Shown here one piece after another: positions 35,704 through 47,767 of a DNA stretch of 64,000 bases. This DNA is from Schizochytrium sp. TIO01 (taxonomy: Eukaryota > Protista > Bigyra: Labyrinthulomycetes). Under the pieces are notes generated by a model. It ran no database searches and was not told the origin of the DNA. It saw nothing but the letters and a program-made list of their open reading frames with translations. The stretch's first letter is position 1; every line of letters starts with the position of its first letter. The position numbers and the translations under genes are program-made. Location: contig SMSO01000034.1 in assembly GCA_004764695.1 (NCBI GenBank), positions 992,001-1,056,000 of the forward strand. The letters run 5' to 3'.

Positions 35704-36792
35704 TCACACCAATGCTATGATCGAGACGAGCAGCGTAGCCAAGGCTGGCATAAAGATGCTTTTCGTCAGCGAAGACGCAGGAGATGGCGCGTAAGAAGAC
35801 GACTGATTGTAAAATCGTAAGAAACTAGAATTTCCTGTCAGGGAAGCAACCTGCGTATCAATCCAGTCTTCAAAATAGGTCACACGAGTGTAGACATCAG
35901 GATATGATGCCGTGTCTGCACATTCAACACCCCAAGACACCAATCCAATGACAACTTCTTCGTCACCACGATAAGCAATGAGCGGGCCTCCAGAGTCACC
36001 ACTGCAGGAACCTTTATCGCTTGCCTCAGCACAGATTTCAACATCCATATCTGTCTCAACATTCACTCTACTAAAGGTAGATGAACACGAGGAGTCACTA
36101 ATCAGAGAAAGGTTGACAGCACGCAATTCGTAGTCACGAGATTGAGTTCGGTAAGAAGTTAAACCGTATCCAGTGACAGTTACGGTCTCGCCGGTTACCA
36201 GATCGATTTTGGACGAACCCAAGATTGCAGGCGTCGGTGCTGTAAACGAAGAGTCTGTGAAAACGAGAATTCCAATGTCATTGGTGTATGCGGATGCATC
36301 ATAGTTGGCATTGACAAACTTTGTGCTAAAACTAGACAGTGAGTACGAGTCACTCGTTAAGGTTTCGGCATTGTCCGTGTTAAAGGAAGCCTTCGCACTA
36401 TCGAAGTTGTTGACTACGCAGTGAGCTGCAGTAACGACAAAATGGTAGCCACTGGAGCTGCCGATGTAGCTACCGCCGCACAAGGTGGCAGTATTCGAAG
36501 AGCTGTTGTACATGTTAAGTGCCACCATCCACTCGCGGTCACTGGCATCAACAGTAACACCTCCAATAATTCGTGTTGAGGCTGTGACAGTGCTGGCTGC
36601 CTCTGTAGCATTAGTTGCATTAATTGGGATTGTCACCGGAGTGGAGTAGATAGAAACATTGCTAGCTGTAACCCACGTCGGGATTGCTGAGAAATCCGCC
36701 ACTACTGGAGAGGTTACATTCAATACTGCCAATGCCACCAGGAGCAGCTTGCCAAGGCCTTTTGCCGAGGCTCCGAAGTATGTGAAAGCCAT
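35704..36792 (-). CDS. S1A serine protease, array copy 6; G189/D226, minimal stalk
   Basis: Signal peptide, R-IIGG, TAAHC, NDIGIL, KGSCSGDSGGP, YPDVYTRV, APSPASS followed by a hydrophobic tail. Confidence 0.93.
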   Translation of the reverse strand: MAFTYFGASAKGLGKLLLVALAVLNVTSPVVADFSAIPTWVTASNVSIYSTPVTIPINATNATEAASTVTASTRIIGGVTVDASDREWMVALNMYNSSSNTATLCGGSYIGSSSGYHFVVTAAHCVVNNFDSAKASFNTDNAETLTSDSYSLSSFSTKFVNANYDASAYTNDIGILVFTDSSFTAPTPAILGSSKIDLVTGETVTVTGYGLTSYRTQSRDYELRAVNLSLISDSSCSSTFSRVNVETDMDVEICAEASDKGSCSGDSGGPLIAYRGDEEVVIGLVSWGVECADTASYPDVYTRVTYFEDWIDTQVASLTGNSSFLRFYNQSSSYAPSPASSLTKSIFMPALATLLVSIIALV

Positions 36793-39700
36793 CAGAGACT
36801 GACGGCCGATGGTTGAAGCAGACCCACCCTATAACAAAAGAGTCTCACCTCTTTTGAAGCCGTAAGCAAATGTCGAAAGTTATTAGCAAGGGAGGGCAGC
36901 GCTGCTCCGAGCCCAGTTTTGGGGTTTGGCAATATTCGACCTTTTGGTTTTGCTTGCCTCAGCAACTCGCTTGATTTGTAACACTTCGTGGAGAACCGAC
37001 CAATTCTATAGAACTGAAATTTTTTCTTTCAAAATTATTACTACAATATATGCTTTTAGATTTTGGAAAATTTTGTTTCATTTTCTTTTATTGTCTTTTA
37101 TTTTTAATTATTTCTTTCCTACTAGAAAGGTACTCATCATTGCGAGAATTCATCCATCCTCAACCTACTAGGTATCAACTCTTGAGAAAAGCTCAGCTTC
37201 TCGTGGTTTGTGGCGTGCTTCCCTCTGACCAAAGCAACAATAAGTTTAGGAAGGGAGTGAAAGTTTGAGCGAGTCTCAGTCCACAGTGAGACGTCGATTT
37301 ATCGAAGTGCTCCATACCTTGATCATATCGTACTTTCTTGGTACTTATTGAACTATTGTGTATCCAAAATGGGTGAAATTTGCAAATTCAATACCTGAGT
37401 GTACTTTATGTTCCAGTCAGCATGTTGCTTGGAGCTTCATCATTCGCATGGCATCTAATTATTTATCTTTCTGAGCTCTTCATTTAGGAATGAACTCCAT
37501 TCTCAGCCCCAAATGTCATCGTGCATCGAATTCGGAGCCGCGCGAACATATGCAACTTGAGTCCAGTGTTGATCTCAACATCTTCTCTCTCTCTGATTGA
37601 TACTCTCTTCGATGTTCGAGTCACACTCTCTCTAAACCTCCAGGTGCAACGAGCGTGTGACTGACTGCAACGAGCGAGGGTCTCCCTCGTAAGCCCAGGT
37701 CGGAGCAACGGCTTGCACTCCCAGTAGTATCTGCCATTACTCGTTCGCTGAGTTTCACGTGCCGCACTCCAAAAAGCCAAGCCAGCTGAGACCCACCGGC
37801 CAATTCATAGTCCATCCGACCGCCCAAGTGCTTTCTCCGAGACCAGACGTGCAAGCCCTCCTTTATGACCAATCCTCGAAGACGATGGCAGTGATTGATT
37901 GATTGATCGATCGATTGCTTTCCATGCCGCCTCTTCAAGTTTCTTCGAGATTCTTGCCTTCAACTATTTTTTTTGAAAGTAGATTAATAGTTAGAAAGCT
38001 GTAGAATAGCAGTAGAACAACTATGCAGGAAAAGTGTATTTTCAAGACAAGCACTTACTGTGGGGAAGATTGCAGCCTACATAGTAGTCTTACTAGTATC
38101 CAGCACTTCATTACTCTTATTAGTCCACTCTTCAAGGAGGGTCTCTACTAACTAAACGGGTAGGCACTACTACTAGGTGCTACCTTTTGCTGTGTTTTTA
38201 TTTTGCTAGCTTGTTTTTCTTTTTGGTCTGATAACATTTATAAATCGACTTGCATCTCGATTTTAAAATATTTATACATGGTATAAAGGTGACAATAGCA
38301 ATTATATATATTATTTTTTTTACAAAAATTGAAAATTTAAATAACACGTAACAATGGTGAAAACATTGATGAACTCAGTGTACTTTTATCCTGTATTCGA
38401 TTTGGAGATCCCAGTTTGACCTCATCACAGCGAGCGACTTGGAGAAGGGTGGAGTTGCGGCGTCTTTGACTTGACAAGAATGTCCACCAAGTCCCTGGGC
38501 TGTGGCTTTTCTTCGAGCTCCTTGCATCGCAGTAGACGCCAGCTGTCTTGCCTGCAAGTTTCGAGGATGCTCAAGAAGTCGGCCCTGGGAAGATTAGCGC
38601 TGAAGTCGATGAAAGCAACAGCAACAGCCCTTAATTCTGTCGATCGGCTATCACAGAAGCTAAAAAATAAGAGAAGCACAGCCTAAGGTGGCGAGTTGAA
38701 TAATTGGAGAATGGATTGATTGATTGATTCTTAGAGGCCCAGAGGGCACAGGGACCCTCGAAGCAGTAGGCAGGCTAAATATAATATTTAATAGCCAGAG
38801 AATTGCAGCGGTGATGGACTTGATCATGGGTCTGCATAATTGCAGATGCGAGAGAACTCTCGAGCTGCTCCGCTGAATAAGGTCTATACGACTTCCAGTA
38901 CACCATCTGTCGTTCACCCAGTGCTTCAAGCGTGATCGGCAGTAGGTTGGTAGGTATGGTTAGCGACGACGCCCCGACTCTGCGAATGGGGCCTCTTCAA
39001 ATGATGCATTGAGGAGAACTCGCCAGGGAACTAGATGAAGAGACCAGCTTACAGCCATCCACTTTGAAATGTACAACACGCTTAGGCCACTGGGAACCTA
39101 TCAAGTGGGAACAATGGAAAATAATGTACTTCCTGCTACCTGGAAGACTTCTTGCACGGATCAACGACCGACGAGCGCGCCGTAGGAGTGGAGAAGCAGT
39201 CTTTCAAGTTCATTCGTTGCTAAAACAAGATGTGTTTTTGTTTTCGTTTTGTCTATTCGCTATAATTAAAATGAGTGGGTCTACTGGCCGATATATTGTT
39301 CACGAGGAGACGATGCAACCCGGGGTTCAGGGACTCCAGGTCGAGCCTTTTAAACATGATCCTTGTTTAAAGTAAATGCTACTCTCAAGTTTGCGTAATA
39401 AAGCTTAAAAACTTCAAATTTTAGAGTTCTTTCGTCAGCTTCTAATGGCCACGTTCGGTTGAAACTGACGAGTTCGACTTCCCCCAGGTTTTCCAGGCGG
39501 TGGCTAAATTATCGAGTAAAGATCCGAGCGTTATCAGTCGTTCGTAGAAAACTCGTAAGTTTATGTGCTCTACATTGGGATTGTTGGTCTTGGGCAAACC
39601 ATCTGGCATTTGTCGTACCCACGCAAAATTTTAAACGGATCAATGCGAGCTTGGCTCGTTGTATTTGATGTGACATGGTTTAAATAACTGCCTGTATACC

Positions 39701-40265
39701 AAGCATTCAAATTTATTTGAATGAATAAGGTGCTTGTCGCAAACGTTCCAACTCTTTATGACAGGTGGAAAAGAAAAAGCTAACATCATCCCTCGAAGGA
39801 GGATGGCCTATATTACCGATCATTATTCAAATAAAAGGATACAAGAATTGAAAGTGCAAATATGCGTCACGAAAAACCTCCACGACACAAGATTTCACAG
39901 AACCCCCTCAACCCTTAGAATCTAGTTCTTGGCTTTAAGAAACCACCCCGATGATTGCAGAATCACTATTTCAATTATTGTTTACAAACCTTTTGATGTT
40001 GACTATATTGAAATGTATATAGTTTAACAAGTGCTGCGAAATTAAAATTAAAACTACTAATATTCATCTTCTTCATAAGGTACCATATTCGTAGGCAATT
40101 TAGAAAGTAGTTTGTGATGTCACTGCAAATACAAGGATTGAATGGTGTCGTTATAGTGGTAATTTTCTTCTTCCCTGAAACCTCTACTTGAATACATTTC
40201 CTTAGGCAAAGGGCAAAATGACCCCAAACAAAGGTCGGCCATGGCGCACGGCTCAGTCAGATGAT

Positions 40266-41474
40266 TCAAAGATGGGCTGAGAAAAAAAGAAGAGCAGCTA
40301 CAGCAAGGCCTAATGAGCCTTCGCCAAGCTTTGATGCCGGACTCGGGGCGTTATCACTTGTGCTTTCTGCGATGGAAGCACTAGGTGATGATGTTGATGA
40401 GTTAGACTCGGTATATGAAGAGTCAGTATATTCATCAGAATCTGCGTCAGAATCTGAGCTAGAGTCAGAATCAGAGTCAGAGGACATTGTGGTGCTATTG
40501 TAGAATGTAAGGAAGCTTGATGTACCAGCCACTGAGGCGACATTGGTCTTAATCCAATCAACATAAGTTGAGACACGAGTGTATACATCAGGGTATGCAG
40601 CAGTGTCAGCACATTCAACACCCCATGAAACAAGACCAATCACAATTTCATAATCTCCGCGAGTTACAATTAGTGGACCACCAGAGTCGCCACTGCAAGC
40701 TCCCTTGTCGTCCGCCATGGCACAAACCTCTACGTCGAGATCAGTAGGAACACCAACCTTTGCAAAGTCGGATTTGCATGTAGCATTTGAAAGGAGGCTA
40801 AGAGTGACCTCCCTAAGGGAATAATCATCACTCTGGGTAGCATAAGAGGTGAGCCCATATCCGGTTACAGTGACATTTTCGCCAACCACAAGGTCAATCT
40901 CTGGAGTAGCAAGGACTGCAGGTGTTGGTCCAGAAAAGCTTGACGACTTAAAGGTAATAATGCCAATGTCATTCGTGATCGTTGAGGAATCATAATCGGC
41001 ATTAACAACTTTGCTTGAGTAAGACTTGAGGTAGTAGTATCCGCTGTTCGCCCGCTCAAGATTGTCAAGGTTAAAGTATGCAATTGCAGTATCAAATGTA
41101 TCAACCAAACAGTGCGCAGCTGTAACAATAAAATGGTAGTTTCCAGAGCTGCCAACATAGTTGCCGCCACAGAGAGTGGCGGAGGATGAACTTTGATTGT
41201 ACATCAGCAACGCGACCATCCACTCGCGGTCAGTAGCATCTACTGTAACACCACCAATGATTCTTGTGGAAATGGACACTGAGCGGACGGTTGAGACTAA
41301 CTCATCAGCGCTTGCTGTCTCATTAATTTGAACTACAATCGGAGTAGCGTACACAGTGATATTATCACCCGTTGTGAAGGTTGCCTCCATCGAAGCTGTG
41401 CTCAACTGCACCGCGTTGGCGATGACCAGGAGAACCGCTGACAGCGCTGCAAGAGCGGCACGTGAGAGCTGCAT
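40266..41474 (-). CDS. S1A serine protease, array copy 7; G189/D226, Asp/Ser-rich stalk
   Basis: Signal peptide, R-IIGG, TAAHC, NDIGII, KGACSGDSGGP, YPDVYTRV, SDSDSD stalk, hydrophobic tail. Confidence 0.93.
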   Translation of the reverse strand: MQLSRAALAALSAVLLVIANAVQLSTASMEATFTTGDNITVYATPIVVQINETASADELVSTVRSVSISTRIIGGVTVDATDREWMVALLMYNQSSSSATLCGGNYVGSSGNYHFIVTAAHCLVDTFDTAIAYFNLDNLERANSGYYYLKSYSSKVVNADYDSSTITNDIGIITFKSSSFSGPTPAVLATPEIDLVVGENVTVTGYGLTSYATQSDDYSLREVTLSLLSNATCKSDFAKVGVPTDLDVEVCAMADDKGACSGDSGGPLIVTRGDYEIVIGLVSWGVECADTAAYPDVYTRVSTYVDWIKTNVASVAGTSSFLTFYNSTTMSSDSDSDSSSDSDADSDEYTDSSYTESNSSTSSPSASIAESTSDNAPSPASKLGEGSLGLAVAALLFFSAHL

Positions 41475-44473
41475 GTTGGTTACTACTTTCTACTGCAAGC
41501 AGAACAAACCTCTCTATTGACGAGGTCGAGTTTCCCCGCCTTCAGGCCCTGCCGAAGAGGTGCTCGTCAGCCTCCAAGTTTGGGGTTTGCCTGCTGCTCC
41601 GTCACCCTCGCTGGAGCTTGGGTTATGTCTTCGCAGCTTGTACGTGCTAGTACTAGGTACTACCATGCTTTGTTTCTGAGTTTCTAAAACGCGTGACTTT
41701 TTGTTTTTTTTCAAAGAATAACATTTAAAGGCCCTATAGTATGGAAGCGAGTGTTTTAAAAGCATCTAAGCATCCTGTTACCGCTTACTGTACTACCAAC
41801 CAAAAGACCAAACAAGTAAATAAAGGAGGCTGCATTAACACTAGCTGGACTCTCTTCATTCGCCACTTCGGTGCAACAACATCTCTTCGCTGTACTTTTA
41901 CTCTATAGAAGAGTGTCTAAAGCACCTCGAGAGGGAATGAAGGAGCAGCCAAAGCCTACACGTTGGTCTTGATCCTTCTCCACTCGTAGTTTGACGGAAA
42001 GAGGAAAAAGTGCCATCGAGCGAAAAGACATACAAACATACATATATACATACGCCTATTTAGACCGGTCTCAAGCACCTCAAAGTTGGCTTGTTTCTTC
42101 TCGCTTTGGTTCGATACGATGGTGTGATTGCAGAAACTGAAGCAGAAGAAACCAGGGCGGAGTAGCGAAGTTGGCCCGATTCGGCTTAGGAGAACGATTC
42201 TAAAGTGGCATCATAGTTTCTCGAGAAAGTTTTCTTCGTGAAAACGCGCGGCGACGAATCTGCAACAAAAAAATAAAATAAACAGAAACATATTTGCATC
42301 TTCACTTTTTTTAAATTAAAATTTAAAAATTTAAAGAAAATATCTCATTAAAAATGTTTTTTCTTTCAGCCAAAACTCAGCCCGAAGTAAAGCTGTAAAC
42401 GGCTAGGTAGGAAATTGCAAAGCAAATAACTACCGCGTATGCCACCTTTGCAGTTTGCCATCCACTGCTGCCTGCGCTTTTGCTAGCCTTGCATGGTTTG
42501 CGAGGCTGAAGGGCCAACAAATGCGTACATAGTTGTTGTCACTTCCTACCTTCGCTATTACATAACGCTTAGCCTTTTTCTTTTCTTTTTCTTTTCTCCT
42601 CTTTTCTCTTTATCTCTATAAGTTGTAAAACAGCAGAAGAAAGTTTATTTACCTCCGCAAAGAAGAAAGATATCACTCACAAACACGAAAAGCTTTTGTT
42701 CACCAGCGTTAATAAGAGGGTGCAAAAAGGCGACCGATCGATCGATTTTACCAATCGATCGGTCAACCTATCGCACGAACTCCGCGGGAACCTTGTCTTC
42801 GCGACGCCTTCTGCTCTGCAGTATTCGCCAACACTGAACAAGAAGAAGTCAGTCGGTCAGCCAGTAAGTTACTGAGTAAGCTTCGCATTGATTGCCATTC
42901 TCAAGTTCTCTCGGGCACGCCGCTCCTACCGTGCGCCCGGCGCTAGCAAACACCTACCAGCGCATAGGGACGCCTCGCGGGTTTCCCGCTGTTTCCACTT
43001 AGAAGTTGGACTTCGAAGACGCACTTAAGGGCCTTCTGAACAAAGCGAAGAGGTGTTGGAGACGTCGATGAAAGAATACCCACGCAGCGAATGCCTCGCC
43101 AGCCAAGCTCTGCGCGGAACCTGCTTGGGCGAAGAAGCATCTTGAAGAAGCCTCCATGGGCCTTTTCGGCTTCTGGCCTTCTTCTGTCTCTTGGCTTGTA
43201 CAATGTGATTCAGGTTGGCAACTGAATGAAGACTCGCTGAACCGGCGCTAAGCCGATGTGGAAACACGGAGGTGCCGGATAAATGAATGCATATTGATGT
43301 TGGATAGATGGTACGTTCGCACTTCGAGAGAGAGTGTGGATAGCGACGTTGAAACTTTGGAGGCCGAGTGCAAAGTCGATATAGTCAGGGGTCGCTGCAC
43401 AGAGCAGGGCGATCGGCCTCAAGGCAATTGACGATAACGCCGGGGTTGAGGGCACAGAGCTGGGTTCGAGGTGGATGAGGTTTCTATGAATATTTCTTTC
43501 CATCTGTACCACGAGCTTGATACCGCTACCTGCTGGGAGGCAATAATACTACTTTAAGACTTGTAGTGGATGCTCTCTTGGTAGATAGTTCACTTCTTGA
43601 TCAACTGGGATATGGTGCGGTGCCAGGGAAGTCACTGCGACAAGTCGAGCTTGGAGCCAGATGCTGAGAGGAAACCTTGATGGAGATATCGTGCTTCGAC
43701 TACTTAACTGGTATGGGTTCCGAAGTGGATGTTCCTCGCTAGAGGAAGGCAATGATCGGCCTCTGGAGGAACAATTCTTCTTATAGACGCCAAGAAATCA
43801 TCTGCACGATCCGCACATAATAGTGGAACAATTTCAGGCTGCATTTTAGTCTGCAATCATTGAGAGTGCATGCCCTCTCGAAAACTTATATTCCTAGTAT
43901 CTCTGATGTCACTAAATGGGTTGCGTAATTGCGCATTTTGCTAGAAAGTACCTTCTCAAGATTTTGTTGCTCCATATCAAACTTCTTCTCAAGCCAAGGG
44001 AGTAAGATGCCACAGCACCGGTAGAGTCTTACCAATTTTTGTTTAAGCACAAATGATCGAACTCCTTTTCATTGGAAGTAGCCAAGTGGCGCGGGTTGAA
44101 TGCGAAAAGTGACCTAATTCCTATTGCCTACCGAGGGATGACTTTTCAAGGAAATTGATGGAATGATCACGAGATTTCATACATATCAGCATCAAGAAAA
44201 TAGTTTCATAAGGCAACCCTGTCTAGGACTTAGTTATATGTTGATACACGCCAACTCTTCCCAGCCAAATCAACTCTTGGATGGTGTTAGTAGTATTAGG
44301 CTCTTATTCTGTGACGGCCGTTTTTATTAACCTATCTCTAGAAATACATACGTATTGAAGATACTCCCTGTACGAAGATTATGAAGAAAGTTTACCTTCT
44401 CCGATGCATACGAAAAACAGGATTCCACAGATAGAATAGTTGTATTGGACGATATCTTCATTTTTAAAAAAGC

Positions 44474-46090
44474 TTACATTAGAATTAGCTTGAGGATAGA
44501 GATGGCCAGAAGAATTAAATTTGACTCTGATTTACGATTCGCCGAGTTTCGGGCGAATGGAAAATCTAATACCAGAGGGCTTTGCGTCGGTGTTGAGGTA
44601 GGTGCAACTGTAGGAGACGCATGCCCAATTGGAGCATCTGTAATTGATGTTATCGATGGTGCATTTGATGCCTCAGTAACCACATTTGGGGTTTCTGTTG
44701 AAGTCAGTGGCAGTGGCGATGTTGTTGGCACATCAAGGTAAGCTGTTGGCGCAGAGGTTGGTGCTATTGGCGCAGTTGTTGGTGCTATTGGAGCAGTTGT
44801 TGGTGCTATTGGAGCAGTTGTTGGTGCGATCGGCGCAGTCGTTGGTGCTATTGGAGCAGTTGTTGGTGCGATCGGCGCAGTTGTTGGTGCTATTGGAGCA
44901 GTTGTTGGTGCGATCGGCGCAGTTGTTGGTGCTATTGGAGCAGTTGTTGGTGCGATCGGCGCAGTTGTTGGTGCTATTGGAGCAGTTGTTGGTGCAATCG
45001 GCGCAATTGTTGGTGCTATTGGAGCAGATGTCGGCATAGTTGGAGCAGATGTTGGCTCAGTTGGAGCAGACGTTGGCTCAGTTGGAGCAGATGTTGGCTC
45101 AGTTGGAGCAGACGTTGGCTCAGTTGGAGCAGACGTTGGAGCAGCTGTTGGAGTTTGATAGAAAAGCAAGAAGTCAGATGTTGTGCCTGTCAAAGAGGCT
45201 ACGGTTGTCTTGATCCACTCTGTATATGCTGATATACGGGTGTGAACGTAAGGGTAGTTAGCTGTATCAGCGCACTCGATGCTCCAGGATACAATCCCCA
45301 CTACAAACTCTTCACTATCGCGTGAGACAATCAAAGGTCCACCACTATCCTCGAGGCAAGCGCCCTCTCCATTTGTATAGGTACAAACCTGTAAGTCTAA
45401 GTTTGTACTCACACCAGCTGAATCAAATGTCGAGGTACAGCTAGAATTTGACATAATGCTGGTCTCTAGTTCGCGTAACACTCCATCTGAACTTTGATTA
45501 GCATATGATGTAAACCCGTATCCAGTAACCGTAACAGTCTCATTCTCCACTAGGTTAAGTTCCGGAGTTGCAAGAGCAGCGGGAGTAGGACCCGAAAACG
45601 ACGAATGAAAGAATGTCAGGATGCCGATATCGTTTGTGTGAGAAGTAGCATTGTAGTCAGGGTGGTAGACTTTGGATCCATATTGATTAAGCATATAGTA
45701 GCCACTGGACACAGATTCCATAGAATTAGTGTAAAAAAAGGCGCCGGCAATACTAAAGGAGCTAACAAGACACTGTGCCGCTGTAAGCATATAGTGCCAA
45801 TTATTGTAGCTACCAATATATACTCCGCCGCATATATAGTTACTTGAGGAACTATAATCAATGAATGTGATGCCAACCATCCATTGGCGATTTGACACAT
45901 CAACCGTGTAACCTCCAACGATGCGCGTAGAAGCTACTGTCTCATTCGAAGCATTACTTTGAAGAGTTTCAGGGAAATCTGATGATGAGTTCAAAGAATG
46001 AAGTTTATCTCCACGCTGGGTGTTAGTTCCTGATAGCTCCGTAACAATACTTGCAAAGGACAGACACAGCAAAACCATAAAGAAACGCAT
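44474..46090 (-). CDS. S1A serine protease homolog (predicted inactive, H57Q), array copy 8, long Pro/Thr/Ala repeat stalk
   Basis: First ATG at 46090 (MRFFMV). R-IVGG, TAAQC instead of TAAHC, ACLEDSGG instead of xCxGDSGG, SWS, YPYVHTRI, 7-aa tandem repeats, hydrophobic tail. Confidence 0.9.
   Translation of the reverse strand: MRFFMVLLCLSFASIVTELSGTNTQRGDKLHSLNSSSDFPETLQSNASNETVASTRIVGGYTVDVSNRQWMVGITFIDYSSSSNYICGGVYIGSYNNWHYMLTAAQCLVSSFSIAGAFFYTNSMESVSSGYYMLNQYGSKVYHPDYNATSHTNDIGILTFFHSSFSGPTPAALATPELNLVENETVTVTGYGFTSYANQSSDGVLRELETSIMSNSSCTSTFDSAGVSTNLDLQVCTYTNGEGACLEDSGGPLIVSRDSEEFVVGIVSWSIECADTANYPYVHTRISAYTEWIKTTVASLTGTTSDFLLFYQTPTAAPTSAPTEPTSAPTEPTSAPTEPTSAPTEPTSAPTMPTSAPIAPTIAPIAPTTAPIAPTTAPIAPTTAPIAPTTAPIAPTTAPIAPTTAPIAPTTAPIAPTTAPIAPTTAPIAPTTAPIAPTTAPIAPTSAPTAYLDVPTTSPLPLTSTETPNVVTEASNAPSITSITDAPIGHASPTVAPTSTPTQSPLVLDFPFARNSANRKSESNLILLAISILKLILM
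44745..45150. repeat. Coding minisatellite, 21-bp units in a 42-bp higher-order pattern
   Basis: GCAGTTGTTGGTGCTATTGGA and GCAGTTGTTGGTGCGATCGGC units alternate (about 13, IAPTTAP), followed by GTTGGCTCAGTTGGAGCAGA[T/C] x4 (TEPTSAP). Confidence 0.95.
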
Positions 46091-47767
46091 GGCACCCGCG
46101 TTTTGATGTGGCAACTCGATGATATCAAAAATCTAAGCCTATCAAGCCAGAATAGATTGGGTTTTGTTTGATCAAAAGACACGTTTAATTTTCCATTATA
46201 CAACAAACCCTCAAGTGTGTAGGATGTAAACGAGAGATTTTTCTTTTTTCTTTTTTCTTTTCTTTTAAACTAAAAGGCCCAACTTAATTCTAGTTCATTG
46301 ATCATTTGACACGAAGGAAACGGCGGCCCCACTCTCAGAAGACATAAAAGTCCCATTTACCCTTGCTAGTGGACAAAACCTTAGAGACACGCACGGAGAG
46401 AATACACCCTGCGAGGTATCTTTGGGAAGTTTGGGCAAAATTTGATAAGATACCAAAGACAGATCGAATGAGGGATGGAAGTTAACGAGCTTCTTGTTTT
46501 CAACGCTAGGCACATATTGAACTAAACTGAATAATAATAGCAATAGAATGAGCTCAATCCAATTTTGCCGTGGAGGCAAGTTCTAACCTTTGACATTTCT
46601 TGTTATTCCGAATTAAAAGGACCTATAGGAGTAGTCTCCAACTAGTGTTTTTTTTTGGCATTGAAATGCCAACAATCATACATTTTTGGCTCTTGATTCG
46701 CCATAACCACTCCATTTGAGGAAGCACACACCTTGTCTAGCTAGAGAGAAAAAAAAAAATACAGATGCAATTCGAAGCCGTAAATGTCCTCGGACCAGTC
46801 AAATTTCTACAAAGTTCCCAAGTATTTGCTCTGCTTAGTCATGGCGTTAAGGAATGTACAAAGATCCGCATACACAGGTTACTCAAATTAAGCGTCCAAG
46901 TGTATTTTTCTTTGCTTAGAGCTTGTCTGCGCAATCAGGCCAACTTCTAATAAAGTCTTATCCTACTTTGTGTTTGGTTTGTAGGTACTTATCAATAACT
47001 GGAATGATGATGCAACCCGGTGAACTTGAGAATTGGGTAGCGGAGTTGATACTTACCAAAACTCAAGCGACACTGAGGTCGCAAATAAAAGTTCTGCTTC
47101 TTTTTTCAGTCTCTCTCATTTGTGGTTCGCTCCACTTCGGTGAGCCCAATTTCTACTGAATAAGGCATCCAATTAGTGTTCGTTGCACCATGGTGTGAGT
47201 ATGCAACAATTATGAACCGCTTTGTAATTGGTCCCTGGTAATACGCTTTTACAAAAAAGAATCGCATTTAAACGTTTAAGAAACAAAAGTTAAATCGAGG
47301 CTCTCATCTCACCTTGTACCTTTGTGTTACGTCAGGGAATTCCGGAACAGTACTTGACATGCTCCAACTCTCTATTAAGGATTCCAACCTCTGCTTAAAG
47401 GTAGAAAATATAGTTATCGGGTCCCAGGTATAAGTTCTATGAATACTTGGGGCCGGCAAGATGTTTCTCCTTAAGGCAATTAATTTCATCGCAATGAAGC
47501 TTTTGTTGCACTGGAACAACCGATTTGGCCACTTCCAAAGAGAACGTTTGCTGCTATCCTTTTCAGCAAGCGTTCAGCAAGCAAACACTAGAAACACAAA
47601 CAAATGTTGAATGAGATCGACCATTGGAGAAAAGTAATCATTTTGAGAAACTGTTAGGATTATGCGTCTTTAACGCGTGAACTAAATAGATCGCTGTAGT
47701 GACGAAGAACACAGTTGATTATATCCTTTTCTGCTGTTCGTCAACCATGCGATATTACAAGGATGCA

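Noticed and set aside
42732-42764. 11-bp inverted repeat (also a 10-bp one at 62286-62332) as MITE ends
   Set aside because: The first derives from self-complementary GATC runs. Both are very short, with no target-site duplication or second copy seen.
44686-45039. LLVLLEQ-repeat ORF resembling a leucine-rich or membrane protein
   Set aside because: Antisense reading of the 21-bp stalk minisatellite.
44745-45150. Possible CRISPR-like array
   Set aside because: The repeats are contiguous with no unique spacers, lie in frame within a CDS, and the context is eukaryotic.
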